The notes under the pieces were generated by a model. It made no database searches. It was not told the origin of the DNA and saw nothing but the letters and a program-made list of their open reading frames with translations. A stretch of 64,000 nt of DNA from Armatimonadota bacterium (lineage in GTDB: Bacteria > Armatimonadota > HRBIN16), in the NCBI GenBank assembly GCA_963677485.1, contig OY781964.1, positions 2,176,001-2,240,000 on the forward strand, read 5' to 3'. The position numbers and the translations under genes are program-made. Position 1 is the first letter of the stretch. Every line of letters starts with the position of its first letter. Positions 39,911 to 49,680 of the stretch are shown piece after piece.

Positions 39911-41005
39911 TTGATGTCAGGTTATTCAGATTTCGCGATGAAACTCACGCAACAGTGTTACCAGCCCGGACAGAACCTCTGCCTCTCGCCCTACAGTGTT
40001 CGCATCGCATTCAGCATGGCGATGAACGGCGCACGGGGGGAGACGTTCCGGCAGATGGCAAAGGTGCTGGGATACAGCAGCGTAGACTTTCAGGATATCA
40101 ACAAGGAAAACGAGCAGAGCTTACGCGTGCTTCTCAGCAAGACAGGCCTAGAGAGGCTCGAATCCCTTAACGGCATGTGGCTATCACAACGGGATGAGTT
40201 GAACCCAGACTATGTCCGGCGCATCGCCACCGTGTACCAGGCTGAAGTTGGTCGGGTGGACTTCACGCAGCGACAGGCACTTGAGCAGATCAATGGCTGG
40301 GTGAAGAAGCAGACAGATGGGAAACTGACGTCGCTGTTCGAGCGTCTGGACAAGGAAACTGTGATGGTCATGGCCAATATCATCTCATTCCTCGGCCTAT
40401 GGCAGTCGCAATTTGATCCCAGAAAGACAGTCCCCCAACAATGGACCAAAGCTGACGGTACCAAAATAGATGTGCAGATGATGAGTCGTGACTTCATGGG
40501 CGATTTCGACTATACGGACGACCACATCGCAGTCAGGATGCACTACAAGTCAGGCAAATCGAGCATGTATCTCATCATGCCGAAGAAACGTCCCATCAAT
40601 CAGTTCGTAAAGCAGTTGAATACATCGGAAGTAGATGCGATTATTTACAGACTTAAGTTTGACCAGGTAAAACTGCTGGTGCCTCGATTTGATATCGCAT
40701 CACCGATCAACTTAGTACCGGTCTTAGCGAGAATGGGTATGACACTGCCTTTTGGTGGTAAAGCAGACTTCAGTGATATGACGCGAAAGAGGACGTCCGG
40801 TCTGTTCATCGGGCAGGCTGTTCAGAAGTGTGCTGTCACGGTCAATGAAACGGGCACCAAGGCAGTCGCAGCCACTGGTATTGAGATGTTCAAAGGCAAG
40901 CCATCCGAGGTGCGGTTCGATAAGCCGTTTGTTTTCATCATCCGTCACGATCCAACAGGTGAGCTGCTGTTTACCGGTGTAGTTTGCGAGCCGGAAAAGG
41001 CCTAG
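39911..41005 (+). CDS. Serpin family protein
   Basis: NLCLSPYS, INGWVKKQTDG, FLGLWQSQF, hinge NETGTKAVAAT and FDKPFVFII...LLFTG. Confidence 0.95.
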   Translation: MMSGYSDFAMKLTQQCYQPGQNLCLSPYSVRIAFSMAMNGARGETFRQMAKVLGYSSVDFQDINKENEQSLRVLLSKTGLERLESLNGMWLSQRDELNPDYVRRIATVYQAEVGRVDFTQRQALEQINGWVKKQTDGKLTSLFERLDKETVMVMANIISFLGLWQSQFDPRKTVPQQWTKADGTKIDVQMMSRDFMGDFDYTDDHIAVRMHYKSGKSSMYLIMPKKRPINQFVKQLNTSEVDAIIYRLKFDQVKLLVPRFDIASPINLVPVLARMGMTLPFGGKADFSDMTRKRTSGLFIGQAVQKCAVTVNETGTKAVAATGIEMFKGKPSEVRFDKPFVFIIRHDPTGELLFTGVVCEPEKA

Positions 41006-41030
41006 GACTGTCCGCCAGCCAGCCCTTCTT

Positions 41031-41166
41031 TTGCGTCCTTCGCGTCTTCGCGTGACACCGCTCCCATTCGCGTTTATTCGTGTTCATTCGCGGTTAAAAG
41101 GCACCCCAATAGGACGGGTAGGATGAGAAGGACGAGTATGACAAGGGTTGGCGTGACACCGCTCCC
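41031..41166. repeat. Family D cluster (GTG-type orientation)
   Basis: CCTTCGCGTCTTCGCGTGA; ATTCGCGTTT-ATTCGTGTTC-ATTCGCGGTT; TAGGACGGG-TAGGATGAG-AAGGACGAG; 16-bp direct repeat GCGTGACACCGCTCCC at 41050 and 41151. Confidence 0.8.
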
Positions 41167-41247
41167 CATCACAAAACCTCGTATCTCCGGTAAAACCAAG
41201 GTAGAATGCTGGTAATATCATCAGACCGCGTCACCCGGAGGTATCGT

Positions 41248-43299
41248 ATGCTCACCATGCGTCTCATCATCATTTCCGCACTACTTGGTTGTGCTACGCT
41301 CAGTTTCGCGAAGCCGACCTCGCCCCGCAGCCTGGTGGGCGCCGTCCGCTGGGATGCCTGGCACGGGCAGAACGGCCCCTCTACCGCCGGCATCGAGGTG
41401 GAACGCAGTCTGGGACCAGCCAAATACCACTACCGCGCACCCTACTTCGCCAAAGAGCTGGGGCCGGATGCCATCACCGCCCGTTCCACGAGCCAGGCGG
41501 GCATGGATGCTGAGATCAAGATGGCGCGCGACGCCGGTCTGGACTACTGGGCTTTCGTGTATTACGACCCGGGTACCGCGCTGGATATCTCCATCAACCG
41601 CTATATCGCCAGCAAGAACAAGCGCGGGCTGAAGTTCTGCATGATCCAGGAAAATATCGGCGATAAGAACCTTGAGCTGCTGGTCAGCCGGTTCAAGATG
41701 CCGGAGTACGTCACGGTGGCCGGTGGCCGGCCGCTGCTCTACATCTACAGCAAATACGTCTGCACTCAGCAGCAGCTCGACAAACTGGCTGATCGCTGCG
41801 TGCAGGAGGGGCTGAAGAAGCCCTACCTCATCATGTTCACCCACGTGAATGAGCCCGACGCCAAGACTGGCTACGACTTCAAGACCGACGCGGTGAGTGC
41901 CTACACCACCTTCCCCTGGTGGCCCAACAACCCGATGGAGCAGTACACCAAGTGGGAGCAGCAGCGGTGGCAGCAACTGGCCGACAAGGGTTACAAAGTG
42001 CAGCCATGGGTCAGCACCGGCTTTGACAACCGTCCCCGCGCCGATAACACCATGACCTGGGTGGCGAAACAAGACAAGCTAACCACCGCCTTCACCAACG
42101 ACATCAGCCCCGAAATGCTGGGGCAGCAGGTACAAGCCGCCTTGGAGTTCAACCGCAAGAACCCCATGGCCAGCGAAGCCAACGCGGTGCTGATCTACGC
42201 ATGGAACGAGTTTGACGAGGGTGGATGGATCTGCCCCACGCTTTATTTTGGCGCCGACCGGCTGAACGGCATCGCCAAGGTGCTGGGCGGCAAGATGGCG
42301 CCTACTCACAACCCGCCCAGCCTGGGCACCAACCTCACCAAAGGGGCGGTCGCTGTGGCCAGCAGTTTCGAGCTTGGCTCTCAACCCGCGAAGGCACTGG
42401 ACGGCAAGCTAGGCACCGCCTGGCGGACCAAAGCGGGGGCCCTCTGGGGGAGCTGGATCGAGCTGCATCTGCCCAATCCGGTGAGAATCAACACCGTGCT
42501 GCTGCGCGAAGGGCCGGATCAGTCCATCCGCGGCTTCGAGCTTCAAGTGCCCGAAGGTTCCGGCTGGAAGAGCATCTACAAAGACTCCACCGCCGGGCAC
42601 TACGCCCCGCTCTATTTCCCCACGCAGCGGCTGAAACGCATCCGGTTGCTGCTGACCGACCTGCAGAAGCCGGTCACACTCATCGAGATGTCGCTATACC
42701 ATAACTCGATGTTGACGCTGCCCGCCCTCGGCCTGCAGTGTGAGTGGAGCCTCAATGGCGACCTGTTGGACCGCGTGGGTAGCCGGCATATGCTGCCGAA
42801 CAAAGAGCCGGTATACGTTCTTGACGCCCCGTCAGGCCAACATTACAAGAGCCTGATGCTGACAGATGGCTTCTATACCTATGTGCATGACACCAATGGT
42901 TTGCACCCTCATGCGATCGACGGCATGAAGGAGTTCCGGCTCTCGGTGTGGGTCAAACCGATGGCGCCAAAGCCCTCCAACATACTCTCCAAGACCGATG
43001 CGTACGTGCTGGTTCTGGGCGATGACGGTCTGACCCGCTTCGCGATGGGAACCGTCGATGTGCCCATCAGCGCGGGCCGGAATGTGGCGTTCAAGCTGCC
43101 GGATGGTCAGTGGAGTCATGTGGAGGCGAGTTATGACGGTCAGACGCTGAGGCTGTTCGTGGATGGTGCGTTGGCGGGCTCGCATCCGCTGACCGGTGCG
43201 GTCACTCGGGTCAAGGAGCTCGCGCAGAACCTGGTCATCGGCGGCGGCTACCAGGGGCTCATCCGCGGGCTACAGATTTGGGACCGCCCGCGGCCGTGA
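41248..43299 (+). CDS. Secreted putative glycoside hydrolase (GH99/WbsX-like TIM barrel) + F5/8 type C (CBM32-like) + LamG
   Basis: GGAGG RBS before ATG 41248; VGAVRWDAW, GLDYWAF, GRPLLYIY, GFDNRPR, YAWNEFDEGG; ALDGKLGTAW discoidin; WSHVEASYDG...LFVDG LamG. Confidence 0.75.
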   Translation: MLTMRLIIISALLGCATLSFAKPTSPRSLVGAVRWDAWHGQNGPSTAGIEVERSLGPAKYHYRAPYFAKELGPDAITARSTSQAGMDAEIKMARDAGLDYWAFVYYDPGTALDISINRYIASKNKRGLKFCMIQENIGDKNLELLVSRFKMPEYVTVAGGRPLLYIYSKYVCTQQQLDKLADRCVQEGLKKPYLIMFTHVNEPDAKTGYDFKTDAVSAYTTFPWWPNNPMEQYTKWEQQRWQQLADKGYKVQPWVSTGFDNRPRADNTMTWVAKQDKLTTAFTNDISPEMLGQQVQAALEFNRKNPMASEANAVLIYAWNEFDEGGWICPTLYFGADRLNGIAKVLGGKMAPTHNPPSLGTNLTKGAVAVASSFELGSQPAKALDGKLGTAWRTKAGALWGSWIELHLPNPVRINTVLLREGPDQSIRGFELQVPEGSGWKSIYKDSTAGHYAPLYFPTQRLKRIRLLLTDLQKPVTLIEMSLYHNSMLTLPALGLQCEWSLNGDLLDRVGSRHMLPNKEPVYVLDAPSGQHYKSLMLTDGFYTYVHDTNGLHPHAIDGMKEFRLSVWVKPMAPKPSNILSKTDAYVLVLGDDGLTRFAMGTVDVPISAGRNVAFKLPDGQWSHVEASYDGQTLRLFVDGALAGSHPLTGAVTRVKELAQNLVIGGGYQGLIRGLQIWDRPRP

Positions 43300-43322
43300 G
43301 CGCGTTGAATTACCTATACGTT

Positions 43323-43490
43323 TTGCCTATGTCCGGGGCGGTCTGTCAGTACGCCTGCGGTGGCCGCTATCTATAGACCGCGCCGGTCTTGTTCCAGACA
43401 CAAATCTATCAGGGCTATCCGCCAGACCGGCGCGGTCTCGAGCCTTCTGCATCCGCTAGCCTACGCACAGACCGCCCCGGACATAGGCAA
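43323..43490. mobile_element. Family A complete MITE-like element, 168 bp
   Basis: Perfect 24-bp terminal inverted repeat TTGCCTATGTCCGGGGCGGTCTGT / ACAGACCGCCCCGGACATAGGCAA, a nested internal inverted repeat, and no credible ORF. Confidence 0.75.
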
Positions 43491-43588
43491 TGCATGGCTG
43501 CAACAGAGGCGGACAGCCATTCGTATATCACACTGTCGCCTCAGCGTGACGCGTAAGTTACAGTATGGGCATTGCGGCAAAGGGCCCA

Positions 43589-44521
43589 CTACCATTTCTC
43601 GTGGGTTTCGCTGATGGGCTTATACAGGCCAGGGCGTCGTTGGTGATACATTCTGCTGTTGGCGCGGTTGAGCCTGAGATGGTGCAGGTCGAGAATCCCG
43701 CTGACGTACTGGTCGCCTGTCTTCTCTGTTCGTGCCACGAACTGGGTGGGGTAAGCACCGATGGTGGCTCCTGCGCCTTCGCCGTTGTTGGTGGCCACGA
43801 TATCCACTGTGCAGCGGAACATATCGGACTTCAGTAAGTAGTCTTCAATCACCCCGCCGCGGCTGTTGATCCATATGATGATCTCAGCGCCGTTTAAAGA
43901 CAGGCATTGGGCACTTTCCGGGAAGTAGCCGTCGTAGCAGATCATGATGCCCACTTTGGCGAAATCAAGCTGGAAGGTGGGGTAGCCGTCGCCAGCTTTC
44001 ATGAGGTGTTCCAATTCGTCCTCTTTAGGCGGCCAGAAGTAGGGCGGCCCACCGGTGGCGCGGTGCGTTTTGCTGTATGTGCCCACAATCTGGCCGTCTC
44101 TGCCGAACAGCACCGCGGTATTTGAGAAGGCGTCCTTCTCCTTACGAGCGAAACCGCCGGGCTTCAGATCTTGCCACACACCCACCACCACGTAGATGTT
44201 GTTGCGGATGGCTGCATCGGCGATTTTGTGCAGGTTCGGTGAGAGCGGCTTCAGGGTCTCTGGGCCGATGATGTATTCCGGCAGGGCGATCAACTGCGCA
44301 CCCTCTTTGCCCGCGCGGTCAATGTTGCCGATGAGTTTATCCATCGTCGGCGTGCCGTCATGCACCACTTGAGCCGCCGCGAGCAGAACCTTCTCATTGC
44401 CCCTGTTGGGCACATCGACGATCTTACCCATCTGGCGGCCGTCCTCCAGTGGTTTTGCCATCGTGATGACCGGTATGGCCACCATTAACGCCGTGCATAA
44501 AGATGGTATGAGCAAGTTCAT
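43589..44521 (-). CDS. Carbon-nitrogen hydrolase (nitrilase superfamily), signal-peptide-bearing
   Basis: E-K-C triad in LPEY, YSKTH and ICYDGYFPE; GGGAG RBS. Confidence 0.9.
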   Translation of the reverse strand: MNLLIPSLCTALMVAIPVITMAKPLEDGRQMGKIVDVPNRGNEKVLLAAAQVVHDGTPTMDKLIGNIDRAGKEGAQLIALPEYIIGPETLKPLSPNLHKIADAAIRNNIYVVVGVWQDLKPGGFARKEKDAFSNTAVLFGRDGQIVGTYSKTHRATGGPPYFWPPKEDELEHLMKAGDGYPTFQLDFAKVGIMICYDGYFPESAQCLSLNGAEIIIWINSRGGVIEDYLLKSDMFRCTVDIVATNNGEGAGATIGAYPTQFVARTEKTGDQYVSGILDLHHLRLNRANSRMYHQRRPGLYKPISETHEKW

Positions 44522-44570
44522 GTAAATATCTCCCTTTTGGGTTATCTGGCGGCATCTGAGTGGTCACACT

Positions 44571-44692
44571 GTCGATAGACCGCGCCCGTCTTGTTCATGA
44601 CACGAATCTTTCATGGCTCTCCGCCAGACCGGCGCGGTCTCGAGCCTTCAGTAGCCGCTAGCCTACGCACAGACCGCCCCGGACATAGGCAA
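44571..44692. repeat. Family A element lacking its left end
   Basis: Collinear with about 43370-43490 in the same orientation. Confidence 0.85.
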
Positions 44693-44726
44693 TAACGGTC
44701 CATGATAAGCAAACGCTTGAGCCTGT

Positions 44727-45221
44727 CTATTTCAGGGCTTTCAACACCTTTTGCACCTCAGCCACAGCGGACTTCTTATCGGAAGGCAGGCTGATGTTGA
44801 GGTATACCACGCCTTTACTGGCTTGCACGGTCACCGCACCATCCTGCTGCATGACAAACCCATTCCAAGGTTTCGCAGTCGGGCTGCTTTTGGTCTTGCC
44901 AAGGCTCTTCTTCCAGTAAGCCACGAAACTGGCCGCGTGCTTGGCACTTTTCATGGTATGGGCGGTGGCGGTGAGGTAGTCATTCCCCTTTTGGTAGATA
45001 CGCTGCTGCGCATCGAGAACACCGTGGTCTTGATAAAGGCCGATGCCGCCATCGTACAACCCTGTCAAGTCATTCCCGGCCACATAACGTGCAGCCGATG
45101 CCATCTCTTTCCAACCTGCCACAGCACCTTTTGGAAGTGCTTTAACGGCAGGGGTGATGGCGGGCGCGGCGATGGCCAGCATACTTGCCAGCACCAATGC
45201 CGTCGCAATGATTCGCTTCAT
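44727..45221 (-). CDS. Small basic secreted hypothetical protein
   Basis: 164 aa; signal peptide MKRIIATALVLASMLAIAAPA; fills the gap between flanking genes. Confidence 0.7.
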   Translation of the reverse strand: MKRIIATALVLASMLAIAAPAITPAVKALPKGAVAGWKEMASAARYVAGNDLTGLYDGGIGLYQDHGVLDAQQRIYQKGNDYLTATAHTMKSAKHAASFVAYWKKSLGKTKSSPTAKPWNGFVMQQDGAVTVQASKGVVYLNISLPSDKKSAVAEVQKVLKALK

Positions 45222-45362
45222 GATTTTACCAACCTGTATATTGTCATATCATCGAACCGTAGTATGTCTCTGCGTGTAACCGCTGGTGGGTGAATGCCCC
45301 AAGGGGCCTCCCGCAGCCAAAGGAGTCAAAACCAGGGTTGTCGGGGCTTCACGGGCGGCAGC

Positions 45363-47084
45363 TTATAGTGCGCTGGTGTCTACCGGACTAAGCACAGCAC
45401 GTAAAGGCATCCTTATAGTGAAACAGCTCCCCTCGCCGGGGGTGCTGCTCACAGAGACATCGCCGCCATGTGAGGCTGTCAAGTGTTTTACCAGGTATAA
45501 GCCGATACCTGTTCCCGAAATCTGTACATTCTGGCTGCTTTCCACACGGTGGAACCTGTCAAAAATCAGTGACAACTGATCTGGCGGAATGCCTACACCT
45601 TGATCGACAACGTCGATGCGGTAGCTGCCGCTTGACGCTTCTAATGATAGTGTAACCCGAACGGGTCCGCCATCTGGCTGGTACTTCACCGCATTACTGA
45701 TGAGATTATATAAAATCTGCTCCAGCTTGTCGCTGTCGGCGTATACCTGTGGCATCTCATCCGGCACCTGCAGCTCTATCTGGTGCTGATGAGTTCCGGC
45801 CTGTTGAACCGCCACCACCTGTTGCAGCACGGGTATGATGTTTATCCACTGAAGGTGCATGTCTAGCGATCGACCGGCTTCGACGCGGGACATGCTCAAC
45901 AAATCATCAATCAGTCGGCGCAGACGGTCCGTCTCCTGGTCGATGATCCCCAGAAACTCTCTGCGCGCGGCTTCATCATAATATCCTTCGGAGTCACCTA
46001 ACAGCGTACTGACAAAACCCTTGATGCTGGTGAGTGGTGTGCGCAGTTCATGAGATACGGTGCTGACAAACCTGCTTTTCATGCGATCGATCATGCGGAT
46101 ATCCGTGATGTCATTAAACACAGCAACAGCTCCGGCGGAATCAAGCCCGTCATCTGTCTTCACCGGTGTCACATTCACACGGAAGATGCGGTCTTCCTGG
46201 GTTGAGAGCTCTGTGCTGCCCTCTTTTCGAGTGGTCAATGCGTTGTCAAACAGACTGACCAGCTCGTGCTGGGGCAGCGCGGAGTGGTAGTCCTCTTTTT
46301 GCAGCGCGGCTTGCTGTAAGCCCGGCAGGATCGACTCCGCCTGACCGTTGACTAAGGTGATGTGTTTGTTGGCATTCACCAGTACCAGCCCTGCGCCTAA
46401 ACTCTCAAAAGTGGAAATCAATTCGCTGTTGCCTTCGGACGCCTCGCGATACATCTGAGCGGAGGTGATGACAGCCGCTGCATTCCGGGCCAGACGTTCC
46501 AGCAGATGAAGGTCCTCATCACTAAAAGGCAGGCCGTAGCGTTTGTTCATCACATGAACCACGCCGATCGTCTGGCTGTCGACCACATGGTTCTCAAGGT
46601 CACGCCGTTGTACCACCAGAGGGGCGCAGCATCCGTTCTTCACGCCTAGTGCGTGAACCAAAACAAGGTCAGAGCGCGGGTTATCTGAGGGATCGTTGTA
46701 TATCACCGGCTGACCAGACAGAAACACCAGGCCACTCATGCCGGTGCTGGCTGGTAACCGAAACAGCTCCACCTCTTGGGCAGCGAGTCCAAAGGCAGGG
46801 GGTAGTGCCACCAGCTCTGCGGTGGACCTGTTGAACATCAGGAACACACATTTTTCAGCTTGAAGAATCATGGCAATACGGCTGACCAGCCGCATCAGCG
46901 TGTCGTCAAAACGCACGCCAGCCTTGGCTTCGCCATCAGAGTGGTCGAGTTTGCGTTGTAAGTCGGCTACAATGCCAAGCAGGTGTTCGACTTGAGCGGC
47001 CAGCTGTGTCGACATATTACTGTCATCGGTATTTAATGGCAGTTGGCCAGGGGTAGAACTGGTATGTTGGTCAGGCAACTTCAA
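45363..47084 (-). CDS. GAF-PAS sensor histidine kinase
   Basis: VSHELRTPLTSIKG H-box; NLISNAVKY, DQGVGI, IFDRFHR and GTGIGL; GGAGG RBS with TTG start. Confidence 0.95.
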   Translation of the reverse strand: MKLPDQHTSSTPGQLPLNTDDSNMSTQLAAQVEHLLGIVADLQRKLDHSDGEAKAGVRFDDTLMRLVSRIAMILQAEKCVFLMFNRSTAELVALPPAFGLAAQEVELFRLPASTGMSGLVFLSGQPVIYNDPSDNPRSDLVLVHALGVKNGCCAPLVVQRRDLENHVVDSQTIGVVHVMNKRYGLPFSDEDLHLLERLARNAAAVITSAQMYREASEGNSELISTFESLGAGLVLVNANKHITLVNGQAESILPGLQQAALQKEDYHSALPQHELVSLFDNALTTRKEGSTELSTQEDRIFRVNVTPVKTDDGLDSAGAVAVFNDITDIRMIDRMKSRFVSTVSHELRTPLTSIKGFVSTLLGDSEGYYDEAARREFLGIIDQETDRLRRLIDDLLSMSRVEAGRSLDMHLQWINIIPVLQQVVAVQQAGTHQHQIELQVPDEMPQVYADSDKLEQILYNLISNAVKYQPDGGPVRVTLSLEASSGSYRIDVVDQGVGIPPDQLSLIFDRFHRVESSQNVQISGTGIGLYLVKHLTASHGGDVSVSSTPGEGSCFTIRMPLRAVLSPVDTSAL

Positions 47085-47349
47085 CCTCCCCGTGTGTGTA
47101 TATCCAGATTATACGGCATCACACGCCAAATTGTACGCATTTAGATGTAACAGCAGTTCAACTTTGGTTTAATTTTCACACTAACTGTGCGTATTGTGGT
47201 TAACAGCTGAACGGCTGGAGCTATATTGGCTGTGTTGTCTGTTTTAATGGTGATGTTGGTAGCTATCTGTACCACAATACGATACCGTAACTAGGAATGG
47301 TGTCACTTCACATAAATACAAGTACAGGATATAGATAAGCTGTCTTCTG

Positions 47350-49368
47350 ATGTTGGACTTAAGGATAATCATGAATCACAAGATATTACCTGCTTTCCTG
47401 TTTTTATCTACTGTGTTCGTTGGGGTAGCCGATGCGCAATCGAATCCACCACGACCAGAGATGCCCTCGGTCATCGCCAGCAAGGCACCCAAGATCGATG
47501 GGGTGCTGGATGATGAGTGCTGGAAATCTGCGTCGGCCGTGACGGACTTCTATCTGCAGACCGACGATAAGGCTCCAGAGAAGACTGAAGCTTATGTCTG
47601 TTATGATCAGAAGAGCATTTATGTGGCGTTTTACTGCCATGCTTCACGACCCGAGCTGATACGGCATGAGCAATCACGTCGGCGCGGCTCGATGGGTTCA
47701 GATGACAGGGTAGACTTCTATATCGACACGTTCAATTCGCTGCAGTGGGACCAACGCTCGAGGTTCACCGTCAGTGCCGGGGGATGTCAGTCTGAGAGAA
47801 TGTCAACCGGAAGCGTCAGTAAGACGGAGTGGCGCGGTGACTGGTATGCCGGAGCGAAAGTGGTGGCCGATGGTTTTATTGTAGAGATGGAAATCCCATG
47901 GATCATTTTGCAGTATGATAACTCAAAAGGCTACCTGGGCATCATGTTCAACCGCTGGTATTCAGCGGCAGACCGTGACCATGCCAGCCCAAAGATGGGC
48001 ACCAACTGGGACCCCTATCGCTGGTACATCTGGAAGGGGCTGCAACTGCCCAAGTCGGTGCGGCGTCCCATGGCGATGCCATACATGCTGTTCTCGGCGA
48101 GCCAAAAGGACACCACGGTAAAGACCGGCGTCGATATGCGTTATGACCCCAATTCGCAGAGCACCGCGGTGCTTTCGCTGCTCCCTGACTTTTCGAGTAT
48201 TGAACAGGGTGTCGATAGCGTGAGTTTTAGCTATAACGAACAGCAGCAAGGGGACAACAGACCGTTCTTCCAGGAGGGCGGCAGCTATTTCCCAGGTTCA
48301 GATATGCTCTATACGCGTCGCTTGGGTGATATAGACTTGGGGGCCAAATACTTCAGCCGGATCGGCTCGTTGAACTACGGTTTGATGCATGTCACAGCCA
48401 CCAATGGCGATTCGGCGCAATCTGTCAGTGCAACGAACCAATACGGCAGCAAAGGCAGTCTCTCTGCAGCCGTCGTGCGCAGCGACTACCAGGGAGCCAT
48501 CGGCACCACATCGGGAATCGGTGGTGGATACAATCTTTACCGGAAGAATGACACCGCCTGGGATATGTGGGGACAGGTTGGGCAGGCAAATAACGGGCTG
48601 GGTGAAGGCACCGGTACACGCATGAATATCGGAACAAACTGGGGTGCCGGCCGCAGAAAACTTGGGTATTGGGCGGAATACAACAACATTGACGCAAACT
48701 ACAAACCTGCCATTGGTTATTTTCCAGATGTGAACTTTGAGAGCTATGGCGGCGGTTTGTCGTTATGGGATGATCCCAACAACAGCCCTGTGAAGTCTTG
48801 GTGGTTTGGTTGCGACGCCGGCGAATCCTACTATAAGACCGGTGAGCTATTTCAGCGCAACTGGAGTATCAATGGTGGTGCCTCATGGCTAAAGGGCTAT
48901 TCCATTTGGATGAACTCTGGTGGGGCGAAACGTCCACCGCATCAAGACCGATTGACCAGCACAGGTGTGGGCTGGGGCCAGACTACACTATTCCGCGGCG
49001 GCGGGGCGAGCTATACCTCAGGTAACCTGGCTAGTGGACACTACATGAACTGGTCTGTGTCGCAGGGCTGGAATCTTGGTCCAAGCTTGAACATGAACCT
49101 GAACTACACCCATAGCCAGTTGGATGAACCCAGTCCAGATGCCTATCACGCCACTCAGATGATCGCATCTTTTGCGTATGAGTTCCCGACTCTGACGCAC
49201 GAACGCACCGTCATCGGCCGGTTTGTGAACCAGGACAGCCACACCAACTTCTATCTGGCATACCGGCAGAATGCCCGCAGCGGGATGGATATCTATGTGA
49301 CGCTGGGCAACCCCAACGCGGAAACGACCGAAGAGTCGATCACCGTGAAGCTGCTTCAGGTGTACTAG
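47350..49368 (+). CDS. CBM9-like sugar-binding domain + DUF5916-like outer-membrane protein, copy 1
   Basis: APKIDGVLDDECW, YDQKSIYVAF, VEMEIPW, PDFSSIE, RPFFQEG and YTRR; C-terminal aromatic residue. The true start may be ATG 47371. Confidence 0.75.
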   Translation: MLDLRIIMNHKILPAFLFLSTVFVGVADAQSNPPRPEMPSVIASKAPKIDGVLDDECWKSASAVTDFYLQTDDKAPEKTEAYVCYDQKSIYVAFYCHASRPELIRHEQSRRRGSMGSDDRVDFYIDTFNSLQWDQRSRFTVSAGGCQSERMSTGSVSKTEWRGDWYAGAKVVADGFIVEMEIPWIILQYDNSKGYLGIMFNRWYSAADRDHASPKMGTNWDPYRWYIWKGLQLPKSVRRPMAMPYMLFSASQKDTTVKTGVDMRYDPNSQSTAVLSLLPDFSSIEQGVDSVSFSYNEQQQGDNRPFFQEGGSYFPGSDMLYTRRLGDIDLGAKYFSRIGSLNYGLMHVTATNGDSAQSVSATNQYGSKGSLSAAVVRSDYQGAIGTTSGIGGGYNLYRKNDTAWDMWGQVGQANNGLGEGTGTRMNIGTNWGAGRRKLGYWAEYNNIDANYKPAIGYFPDVNFESYGGGLSLWDDPNNSPVKSWWFGCDAGESYYKTGELFQRNWSINGGASWLKGYSIWMNSGGAKRPPHQDRLTSTGVGWGQTTLFRGGGASYTSGNLASGHYMNWSVSQGWNLGPSLNMNLNYTHSQLDEPSPDAYHATQMIASFAYEFPTLTHERTVIGRFVNQDSHTNFYLAYRQNARSGMDIYVTLGNPNAETTEESITVKLLQVY

Positions 49369-49375
49369 AACCTAA

Positions 49376-49411
49376 TCCGACGGGTCGGTCCGATGCGACC
49401 GATCCGTCGGA
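49376..49411 (+). terminator. Hairpin after copy 1
   Basis: TCCGACGGGTCGGTC...GACCGATCCGTCGGA, 15-bp stem with one G-U pair. Confidence 0.55.
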
Positions 49412-49680
49412 CTTATCCTCCCCATCTACCACGGCTGCCATTACTCTCCGCTTTAACACTTACCAGGTAATTCACCATCTGCGGGCCGAAGTGTATGTTT
49501 TATTACCAACATACGAACTGTCAACTCCGATTTGCTTGCGGGACGGTCAAGCCCGCTGACGAAAGAGGTGAATGAGCCCATCGTCCCCGAAACTATGCAC
49601 ACTGATGTGCAAAAGTCTGCCACACAGTCAACTGTAACCACACGGATCTGTGTCCTTCGAAAAGCAGGAGTTTGGGAACA

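Noticed and set aside
45288-45352. Riboswitch upstream of the 44727-45221 gene
   Set aside because: A closing stem (GTGAAGCCCC...GGGGCATTCAC on the minus strand) exists, but I recognise no known aptamer consensus; it may just terminate the kinase gene. An Rfam scan would decide.
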